Of a DNA stretch of 64,000 nt, positions 53,801 to 64,000 are shown piece by piece. Source of the stretch: Eledone cirrhosa (lineage: Eukaryota); the NCBI GenBank assembly GCA_964016885.1, contig OZ024742.1:165850001-165914000 (forward strand). Reading direction: 5' to 3'. Every line of letters starts with the position of its first letter. Within the stretch, counting starts at the first letter, position 1. The translations under genes were made by a program, and so were the position numbers. Below the pieces are notes generated by a model. That model was not told the DNA's origin, ran no database searches, and saw only the letters and a list, made by a program, of their open reading frames with translations.

Positions 53801-56800
53801 GGAGATAATTTCCAGCCGTCCAAGGGGAGATAATTTTTTTAAAAAAATCAGGCGGAGATAATTTGTAAAAAAAATCAGGGGGTGATAATTTGTAAAAACA
53901 AAATCAAGGGCAGATAATTTCTAGCCGTCCAAGGGGAGATAATTTCCAGCCGTCCAAGGGGAGATAATTTCCAGCCGTCCAAGGGGAGATAATTTCCAGC
54001 CGTCCAAGGGGAGATAATTTGCAGCCGTCCAAGGGGAGATAATTTCCAGCCGTCCAAGGAGACATATTTTCCAGCCGTCCAAGGGGAGATAATTTCCAGC
54101 CGTCCAAGGAGACATATTTTCCAGCCGTCCAAGGAGAGGTAATTTCTAGCCGTCCAAGGGGAGATAAATTCCAGCCTCCAAGGGGAGATAATTTCCAGCC
54201 AGCCAAGGGGAGATAATTTGTAAAAAAATCAGGGGTAGATAATTTGTAAAAAAAATCAGGGGGAGATAATTTGTAAAAAAAAATCAGGGGGAGATAATTT
54301 GTAAAAAAAAATCAGGGGGAGATAATTTGTAAAAAAAATCAGGGGGAGATAATTTCTAAAAAAAAATCAGGGGGAGATAATTTGTAAAAAAAAATCAAGG
54401 GGAGATAATTTCCAGCCGTCCGGGGAGATAATTTTCAGCCGTCCAAGGAGAGGTAATTTCTAGCCGTCCAAGGAGAGATAATTTCCAGCCGTCCAAGGGG
54501 AGATAATTTCCAGCCGTCCAAGGGGAGATAATTTCCAGCCGTCCAAGGAGACATATCTTCCAGCCGTCCAAGGAGAGGTAATTTCTAGCCGTCCAAGGGG
54601 AGATAAATTCCAGCCTCCAAGGGGAGATAATTTCCAGCCAGCCAAGGGGAGATAATTTGTAAAAAAATCAGGGGTAGATAATTTGTAAAAAAAATCAGGG
54701 GGAGATAATTTGTAAAAAAAAATCAGGGGGAGATAATTTGTAAAAAAAAATCAGGGGGAGATAATTTGTAAAAAAAATCAAGGGGAGATAATTTCCAGCC
54801 GTGCAAGGGGAGATAATTTCCAGCCGTCCAAGGGGAGATAATTTCCATCCTTCCAAGGGGAGATAATTTCCAGCCGTCCAAAGGGAGATAATTTCCCGCC
54901 AGCCAAGGGAAGATAATTTTTAAAAAAATCAGGCGGAGATTGTAAAAAAATCAGGGGGAGATAATTTGTAAAAAAATCAGGGGGAGATAATTCGTAAAAA
55001 AAAATCAGGGGGAGATAATTTGTAAAAAAAAAATGAGGGGGAGATAATTTGTAAAAAAAAATCAGGGGTAGATAATTTGTAAAAAAAATCAGGGGGAGAT
55101 AATTTGTAAAAAAAAATCAGGGGGAGATAATTTGTAAAAAAAATCAAGGGGAGATAATTTGCAGCCGTCCAAGGGGAGATAATTTTCAGCCGTCCAAGGA
55201 GAGGTAATTTCTAGCCGTCCAAGGGGAGATAATTTCCAGCCGTCCAAGGGGAGATAATTTCCAGCCGTCCAAGGGGAGATAATTTTTTTTTAAAAATCAG
55301 GCGGAGATAATTTGTAAAAAAAAATCAGGGGGAGATAATTTGTAAAAAAAAATCAGGGGGAGATAATTTGTAAAAAAAATCAAGGGGAGATAATTTCCAG
55401 CCCTCCAAGGGGCTATAATTTCCAGCGTCCAAGGGGAGATAATTTCCAGCCAGCGAAGGGGAGATAATTTTTTTTTTAAAATCATTGGGAGATTTGTAAA
55501 AAAAATCAGTGGGAGATAATTTGTAAAAAAAATCAAGGGGAGATAATTTCCAGCCGTCCAAGGGGAGGTAATATCTATCCGTCCAAGGGGAGATAATTTC
55601 CAGCCCTCCAAGGGGAGATAATTTCCAGCCGTCCAAGGGGAGATAATATCCAGCCGTCCAAGGAGACATATTTTCCAGCCGTCCAAGGAGAGGTAATTTC
55701 TAGCCGTCCAAGGGGAGATAAATTCCAGCCTCCAAGGGGAGGTAATTTCCAGCCAGCCAAGGGGAGATAATTTGTAAAAAAATCAGGGGGAGATAATTTG
55801 TAAAAAAAATCAGGGGGAGATAATTTGTAAAAAAAAATCAGGGGGACATAATTTGTAAAAAAAATCAGGGGGAGATAATTTGTAAAAAAAAATCAGGGGG
55901 AGATAATTTGTAAAAAAAATCAAGGGGAGATAATTTCCAGCCGTCCAAGGGGAGATAATTTTCAGCCGTCCAAGGGGAGATAATTTCCCGCCAGCCAAGG
56001 GAAGATAATATTTAAAAAAATCAGGCGGAGATAATTTGTAAAAAAAATCAGGGGGAGATAATTTGTAAAAAAAAATCAGGCGGAGATAATTTGTAAAAAA
56101 AAATCAGGGGGAGATAATTTGTAAAAAAAAATCAGGGGTAGATAATTTGTAAAAAAAAATCAGGGGGAGATAATTTGTAAAAAAAATCAAGGGTAGATAA
56201 TTTCCAGCCGTCCAAGGAGAGATAATTTTTTAAAAAAATCAGGCGGAGATAATTTGTAAAAAAAAATCAGGGGGTGATAATTTGTAAAAAAAAATCAGGG
56301 GGAGATAATTTGTAAAAAAAATCAAGGGGAGATAATTTCCAGCCGTCCAAGGGGAGATAATTTCCAGCCGTCCAAGGGGAGATAATTTTTTTAAAAAAAT
56401 CAGGCGGAGATAATTTGTAAAAAAAAAATCAGGGGGAGATAATTTGTAAAAAAAAATCAGGGGGAGATAATTTGTAAAAAAAAATCAGGGGGAGATAATT
56501 TGTAAAAAAAATCAAGGGGAGATAATTTCCAGTCGTCCAAGGGAAGATAATTTCCAGCCCTCCAAGGGGAGATAAATTCCAGCCAAGGGGAGATAATTTG
56601 TAAAAAAAATCAGTGGAAGATAATTTTAAAAACAAAATCAAGGGCAGATAATTTCCAGCCGTACAAGGGGAGATAATTTCCCGCCAGCCAAGGGAAGATA
56701 ATATTTAAAAAAATCAGGCGGAGATAATTTGTAAAAAAAATCAGGGGGAGATAATTTGTAAAAAAATCAGGGGGAGATAATTTGTAAAAGAAAAATCAGG

Positions 56801-59800
56801 GGGAGATAATTTGTAAAAAAAATCAGGGGGAGATAATTTGTAAAAAAAAATCAGGGGTAGATAATTTGTAAAAAAAAATCAGGGGGAGATAATTTGTAAA
56901 AAAAAATCAGGGGGAGATAATTTGTTAAAAAAATCAAAGGGAGATAATTTCCCGCCATCCAAGGGAAGATAATTTCCAGCCCTCCAAGGGGCTATAATTT
57001 CCAGTGTCCAAGGGGAGATAATTTCCAGCCAGCGAACGGGAGATAATTTTTTTAAAAAAATCAGGGGGAGATTTGTAAAAAAAATCAGAGGGAGATAATT
57101 TGTAAAAAAAATCAAAGGGAGATAATTTCCAGCCGTTCAAAAATAGAGATAATTTCTAGCCGTCCAAGGGGAGATAATTTCCAGCCAAGGGGAGATAATT
57201 TCCAGCCGTGCAAGGGGAGATAATTTCCAGCCGTCCAAGGGGAGATAATTTCCATCCTTCCAAGGGGAGATAATTTCCAGCAGTCCAAGGGGAGATAATT
57301 TTCCGCCAGCCAAGGGAAGATAATTTTTAAAAAAATCAGGCGGAGATTGTAAAAAAAATCAGGGGGAGATAATTTGTAAAAAAATCAGGGGGAGATAATT
57401 TGTAAAAAAAAAATCAGGGGGAGATAATTTGTAAAAAAAAATCAGGGGGAGATAATTTGTAAAAAATAATCAGGGGGAGATAATTTGAAAAAAAAATTAG
57501 GGGTAGATAATTTGTTAAAAAAATCAGGGGGAGATAATTTGTAAAAAAAAATCAGGGGGAGATAATTTGTAAAAAAAATCAAGGGGAGATAATTTGCAGC
57601 CGTCCAAGGGGAGATAATTTTCAGCCGTCCAAGGAGAGGTAATTTCTAGCCGTCCAAGGAGAGATAATTTCCAGCCGTCCAAGGGGAGATAATTTCCAGC
57701 CGTCCAAGGGGAGATAATTTTTTTAAAAAAATCAGGCGGAGATAATTTAAAAAAAAAAATCAGGGGGAGATAATTTGTAAAAAAAAATCAGGGGGAGATA
57801 ATTTGTAAAAAAAATCAAGGGGAGATAATTTCCAGCCGTCCAAGGGAAGATAATTTCCAGCCCTCCAAGGGGCTATAATTTCCAGCGTCCAAGGGGAGAT
57901 AATTTCCCGCCAGCCAAGGGAAGATAATTTTTAAAAAAATCAGGCGGAGATTGTAAAAAAAATCAGGGGGAGATAATTTGTAAAAAAATCAGGGGGAGAT
58001 AATTCGTAAAAAAAAAATCAGGGGGAGATAATTTGTAAAAAAAAATCAGTGGGAGATAATTTGTAAAAAAAATCAGGGGTAGATAATTTGTAAAAAAAAA
58101 TCAGGGGGAGATAATTTGTAAAAAAAATCAGGGGGAGATAATTTGTAAAAAAAAATCAGGGGGAGATAATTTGTAAAAAAAATCAAGGGGAGATAATTTG
58201 CAGCCGTCCAAGGGGAGATAATTTTCAGCCGTCCAATGAGAGGTAATTTCTAGCCGTCCAAGGGGAGATAATTTCCAGCCGTCCAAGGGGAGATAATTTC
58301 CAGCGTCCAAGGGGAGGTAATATCTATCCGTCCAAGGGAAGATAATTTCCAGCCGTCCAAGGGGAGATAATTTCCAGCCGTCCAAGGGGAGTTAATATCC
58401 AGCCATCCAAGGAGACATATTTTCCAGCCGTCCAAGGAGAGGTAATTTCTAGCCGTCCAAGGGGAGATAAATTCCAGCCTCCAAGGGGAGGTAATTTCCA
58501 GCCAGCCAAGGGGAGATAATTTGTAAAAAAATCAGGGGGAGATAATTTTCTAAAAAAAATCAGGGGGAGATAATTTGTAAAAAAAAATCAGGGGGAGATA
58601 ATTTGTAAAAAAAATCAGGGGGAGATAATTTGTAAAAAAAAATCAGGGGGAGATAATTTGTAAAAAAAATCAAGGGGAGATAATTTCCAGCCGTCCAAGG
58701 GGAGATAATTTTCAGCCGTCCAAGGGGAGATAATTTCCCGCCAGCCAAGGGAAGATAATATTTAAAAAAATCAGGCGGAGATAATTTGTAAAAAAATCAG
58801 GGGGAGATAATTTGTAAAAAAATCAGGGGGAGATAATTTGTAAAATAAAAATCAGGCGGAGATAGTTTGTAAAAAAAATCAGGGGGAGATAATTTGTAAA
58901 AAAAAATCAGGGGGAGATAATTTGTAAAAAAAATCAAGGGGAGATAATTTGCAGCCGTCCAAGGGGAGATAATTTTCAGCCGTCCAAGGAGAGGTAATTT
59001 CTAGCCGTCCAAGGGGAGATAATTTCCAGCCGTCCAAGGGGAGATAATTTCCAGCCGTCCAAGGGGAGATAATTTTTTTTTAAAAATCAGGCGGAGATAA
59101 TTTGTAAAAAAAAATCAGGGGAAGATAATTTGTAAAAAAAAATCAGGGGGAGATAATTTTTAAAAAAAATCAAGGGGAGATAATTTCCAGCCCTCCAAGG
59201 GGCTATAATTTCCAGCGTCCAAGGGGAGATAATTTCCAGCCAGCGAAGGGGAGATAATTTTTTTTTTAAAATCATTGGGAGATTTGTAAAAAAAATCAGT
59301 GGGAGATAATTTGTAAAAAAAATCAAGGGGAGATAATTTCCAGCCGTCCAAGGGGAGGTAATATCTATCCGTCCAAGGGGAGATAATTTCCAGCCGTCCA
59401 AGGGGAGATAATTTCCAGCCGTCCAAGGGGAGATAATATCCAGCCGTCCAAGGAGACATATTTTCCAGCCGTCCAAGGAGAGGTAATTTCTAGCCGTCCA
59501 AGGGGAGATAAATTCCAGCCTCCAAGGGGAGGTAATTTCCAGCCAGCCAAGGGGAGATAATTTGTAAAAAAATCAGGGGGAGATAATTTGTAAAAAAAAT
59601 CAGGGGGAGATAATTTGTAAAAAAAAATCAGGGGGAGATAATTTGTAAAAAAAATCAGGGGGAGATAATTTGTAAAAAAAAATCAGGGGGAGATAATTTG
59701 TAAAAAAAATCAAGGGAAGATAATTTCCAGCCGTCCAAGGGGAGATAATTTTCAGCCGTCCAAGGGGAGATAATTTCCCGCCAGCCAAGGGAAGATAATA

Positions 59801-62451
59801 TTTAAAAAAATCAGGCGGAGATAATTTGTAAAAAAAAAATCAGGGGGAGATAATTTGTAAAAAAAAAATCAGGCGGAGATAATTTGTAAAAAAAAATCAG
59901 GGGGAGATAATTTGTAAAAAAAAATCAGGGGTAGATAATTTGTAAAAAAAAATCAGGGGGAGATAATTTGTAAAAAAAATCAAGGGTAGATAATTTCCAG
60001 CCGTCCAAGGAGAGATAATTTTTAAAAAAAATCAGGCGGAGATAATTTGTAAAAAAAAATCAGGGGGTGATAATTTGTAAAAAAAAATCAGGGGGAGATA
60101 ATTTGTAAAAAAATCAAGGGGAGATAATTTCCAGCCGTCCAAGGGGAGATAATTTCCAGCCGTCCAAGGGGAGATAATTTTTTTAAAAAAATCAGGCGGA
60201 GATAATTTGTAAAAAAAAAATCAGGGGGAGATAATTTGTAAAAAAAAATCAGGGGGAGATAATTTGTAAAAAAAAATCAGGGGGAGATAATTTGTAAAAA
60301 AAATCAAGGGGAGATAATTTCCAGTCGTCCAAGGGAAGATAATTTCCAGCCCTCCAAGGGGAGATAATTTCCAGCCAAGGGGAGATAATTTGTAAAAAAA
60401 ATCAGTGGAAGATAATTTTAAAAACAAAATCAAGGGCAGATAATTTCCAGCCGTACAAGGGGATAATTTGTAAAAAAAATTAGGCGTAGATAATTTGTAA
60501 AAAAAAATCAGGGGGAGATAATTTGTAAAAAAAAATCAGGGGGAGATAATTTGTTAAAAAAATCAAGGGGAGATAATTTGCAGCCGTCCAAGGGGAGATA
60601 GTTTTCAGCCGTCCAAGGAGAGGTAATTTCTAGCCGTCCAAGGGGAGATAATTTCCAGCCGTCCAAGGGGAGATAATTTCCAGCCGTCCAAGGGGAGATA
60701 ATTTTTTTAAAAAAATCAGGCGGAGATAATTTGTAAAAAAAAATCAGGGGGAGATAATTCGTAAAAAAAAATCAGTGGGAGATAATTTGTAAAAAAAAAT
60801 CAGGGGGAGATAATTTGTAAAAAAAATCATGGGGAGATAATTTCCAGCCGTCCAAGGGGAGGTAATATCTAGCCGTCCAAGGGGAGATAATTTCCAGCCG
60901 TCCAACGGGAGATAATTTCCAGCCGTCCAAGGGGAGATAATTTCCAGCCGTCCAAGAGGAAATAAATTCCAGCCTCCAAGGAGAGATAATTTCCAGCCAG
61001 CCAAGGGGAGATAATTTGTAAAAAAATCAGGGGGAGATAATTTGTAAAAAAAATCAGGGTGAATTAATTTCCAGCCGTCCAAGGGGAGATAATTTCCAGC
61101 CCTCCAAGGGGCTATAATTTCCAGCGTCCAAGGGGAGATAATTTCCAGCCAGCGAAGGGGAGATAATTTTTTTAAAAAAATCACTGGGAGATTTGTAATA
61201 AAAATCAGGGGGAGATAATTTGTAAAAAAAATCAAGGGGAAGATAATTTGTGAAAAAAAATCAGGGGGTGATAATTTGTAAAAAAAAATCAGGGGGAGAT
61301 AATTTGTAAAAAAATCAGGGGGAGATAATTTGTAAAAACAAAATCAAGGGCAGATAATTTCCAGCTGTCCAAGAGGAGATAATTTCCAGCAGTGCAAGGG
61401 GAGATAATTTCCAGCCGTCCAAGGGGAGATAATTTCCATCCTTCCAAGGGGAGATAATTTCCGGCCGTCCAAGGGGAGATAATTTGTAAAAAAAATCAGG
61501 GGGAGATAATTTGTAAAAAAAAATCAGGGGGAGATAATTTGTAAAAAAAAATCAGGGGGAGATAATTTGTAAAAAAAATCAAGGGGAGATAATTTCCAGC
61601 CGTCCAAGGGGAGATAATTTTCAGCCGTCCAAGGAGAGGTAATTTCTAGCCGTCCAAGGAGAGATAATTTCCAGCCGTCCAAGGCGAGATAATTTCCAGC
61701 CGTCCAAGGGGAGATAATTTTTAAACAAAAAATCAGGCGGAGATAATTTGTAAAAAAAATCAGGGGAAAATAATTTGTAAAAACAAAATCAAGGGCAGAT
61801 AAATTCCAGCCGTCCAAGGGGAGATAATTTCCAGCAGTGCAAGGGGAGATAATTTCCAGCCGTCCAAGGGGAGATAATTTCCATCCTTCCAAGGGGAGAT
61901 AATTTCCAGCCGTCCAAGGGGAGATAATTTCCCGCCAGCCAAGGAGAGATAATATTTAAAAAAATCAGGCGGAGATAATTTGTAAAAAAATCAGGGGAAG
62001 ATAATTTGTAAAAAAATCAGGGGGAGATAATTTGTAAAAAAAAATCAGGGGGAGATAATTTGTAAAAAAAATCAGGGGGAGATAATTTGTAAAAAAAAAT
62101 CAGGGGTAGATAATTTGTAAAAAAAAATCAGGGGGAGATAATTTTTAAAAATAAATCAGGGGGAGATAATTTGTAAAAAAAAAATCAGGGGGAGATAATT
62201 TGTTATAAAAAATCAGGGGGAGATAATTTGTAAAAAAAATTAGGCGTAGATAATTTGTAAAAAAAATCAGGGGGAGATAATTTGTTAAAAAAATCAAGGG
62301 GAGATAATTTGCAGCCGTCCAAGGGGAGATAATTTTCAGCCGTCCAAGGAGAGGTAATTTCTAGCCGTCCAAGGGGAGATAATTTCCAGCCGTCCAAAGG
62401 GAGATAATTTCCAGCCGTCCAAGGGGAGATAATTTTTTTAAAAAAATCAGG
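40748..62451 (+). repeat. 10,846-bp near-perfect tandem duplication (higher-order repeat; copies ~40748-51593 and ~51594-62451)
   Basis: A constant ORF offset of 10846 holds along the whole length (40782/51628, 41845/52691, 44451/55297, 47282/58128, 49898/60744, 51357/62203). Confidence 0.93.
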
Positions 62452-62593
62452 CGGAGATAATTTGTAAAAAAAAATCAGGGGGAGATAATTCGTAAAAAAA
62501 AATCAGGGGGAGATAATTTGTAAAAAAAAATCAGGGGGAGATAATTTGTAAGAAAAATCATGGGGAGATAATTTCCAGCCGTCCAAGGGGAGG

Positions 62594-64000
62594 TAATTTC
62601 CAGCCCTCCAAGGGGCTATAATTTCCAGTGTCCAAGGGGAGATAATTTCCAGCCAGCGAACGGGAGATAATTTTTTTAAAAAAATCAGGGGGAGATTTGT
62701 AAAAAAAATCAGAGGGAGATAATTTGTAAAAAAAATCAAAGGGAGATAATTTCCAGCCGTTCAAAAATAGAGATAATTTCTAGCCGTCCAAGGGGAGATA
62801 ATTTCCAGCCAAGGGGAGATAATTTCCAGCCGTGCAAGGGGAGATAATTTCCAGCCGTCCAAGGGGAGATAATTTCCATCCTTCCAAGGGGAGATAATTT
62901 CCAGCAGTCCAAGGGGAGATAATTTTCCGCCAGCCAAGGGAAGATAATTTTTAAAAAAATCAGGCGGAGATTGTAAAAAAAATCAGGGGGAGATAATTTG
63001 TAAAAAAATCAGGGGGAGATAATTTGTAAAAAAAAAATCAGGGGGAGATAATTTGTAAAAAAAAATCAGGGGGAGATAATTTGTAAAAAATAATCAGGGG
63101 GAGATAATTTGAAAAAAAAATTAGGGGTAGATAATTTGTTAAAAAAATCAGGGGGAGATAATTTGTAAAAAAAAATCAGGGGGAGATAATTTGTAAAAAA
63201 AATCAAGGGGAGATAATTTGCAGCCGTCCAAGGGGAGATAATTTTCAGCCGTCCAAGGAGAGGTAATTTCTAGCCGTCCAAGGAGAGATAATTTCCAGCC
63301 GTCCAAGGGGAGATAATTTCCAGCCGTCCAAGGGGAGATAATTTTTTTAAAAAAATCAGGCGGAGATAATTTAAAAAAAAAAATCAGGGGGAGATAATTT
63401 GTAAAAAAAAATCAGGGGGAGATAATTTGTAAAAAAAATCAAGGGGAGATAATTTCCAGCCGTCCAAGGGAAGATAATTTCCAGCCCTCCAAGGGGCTAT
63501 AATTTCCAGCGTCCAAGGGGAGATAATTTCCCGCCAGCCAAGGGAAGATAATTTTTAAAAAAATCAGGCGGAGATTGTAAAAAAAATCAGGGGGAGATAA
63601 TTTGTAAAAAAATCAGGGGGAGATAATTCGTAAAAAAAAAATCAGGGGGAGATAATTTGTAAAAAAAAATCAGTGGGAGATAATTTGTAAAAAAAATCAG
63701 GGGTAGATAATTTGTAAAAAAAAATCAGGGGGAGATAATTTGTAAAAAAAATCAGGGGGAGATAATTTGTAAAAAAAAATCAGGGGGAGATAATTTGTAA
63801 AAAAAATCAAGGGGAGATAATTTGCAGCCGTCCAAGGGGAGATAATTTTCAGCCGTCCAATGAGAGGTAATTTCTAGCCGTCCAAGGGGAGATAATTTCC
63901 AGCCGTCCAAGGGGAGATAATTTCCAGCGTCCAAGGGGAGGTAATATCTATCCGTCCAAGGGAAGATAATTTCCAGCCGTCCAAGGGGAGATAATTTCCA
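62594..64000 (+). repeat. Third partial copy of the ~46124-47530 segment (offsets 16470 and 5624)
   Basis: The rare marker ccgttcaaaaatagag occurs at ~46287, ~57133 and ~62757; ORF ends align at 47282/58128/63752. Confidence 0.85.

Larger units (their letters stand above)
23521..64000 (+). repeat. Composite two-monomer satellite: A = AAGGGGAGATAATTTCCAGCCGTCC (25 bp), B = TCAGGGGGAGATAATTTGT(A)7-10 (26-29 bp), in alternating runs
   Basis: Read directly: continuous, single orientation, no AT spacers or T-rich blocks, and it runs off the window end. Confidence 0.97.

Noticed and set aside
11941-63934. Numerous minus-strand ORFs (LARLSPLGSIISPWLDYLP, AGWKLSPLGRLEIISPWPAGNYLPL, DFFYKLSPP...)
   Set aside because: They are translations of 19- and 25-bp repeats whose minus strand happens to lack stop codons. 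They overlap in all three frames, mostly start at non-ATG codons, have peptide periods equal to the DNA period, and show no domain or codon-level constraint.
23521-64000. CRISPR-like appearance (constant core with variable intervening sequence)
   Set aside because: The intervening parts are 8-16 bp, fall into two recurrent classes rather than unique spacers, and there is no leader or cas gene.
13261-64000. NF-kB-like GGGGAGATAATTTCC and canonical G-quadruplex potential
   Set aside because: The GGG-to-TTCC spacing is too long for the 10-11-bp kB consensus. G-runs are separated by ~15-24 nt, beyond canonical G4 loop lengths.

Overview
The window is entirely repetitive, non-coding, eukaryotic-type heterochromatic DNA. 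I can support no protein-coding or RNA gene, and every ORF in the track is a translation of a tandem repeat. There are four domains. (1) 1-9925: an 88-bp satellite rich in dyad symmetry, with 58-bp deletion monomers. (2) 9926-~13260: three ~1-kb modular cassettes, each [(AATTT)n | 19-bp GGGGAGATAAT repeats | 10-bp CCGGAAAT repeats | 27-bp GCGCATGCGC repeats that flip orientation at a central palindrome | ~32-bp T-rich repeats | (AAATT)n], separated by palindromic AT-rich spacers. (3) 13261-~23520: twelve reduced cassettes that lack the 10-bp and 27-bp blocks and carry a 25-bp repeat instead, including a 3570-bp tandem duplication. (4) ~23520-64000: the last cassette never closes and runs on as a >40-kb two-monomer satellite (25-bp A and 26-29-bp B, sharing GGGGAGATAATTT), with shuffled modules and nested duplications up to 10,846 bp. 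The most interesting reading, which is inference, is a spatially ordered record of a satellite arising from the internal array of a foldback/MITE-like cassette built from GATA-, ETS- and NRF1-like motif arrays. The organism cannot be identified from the sequence alone.
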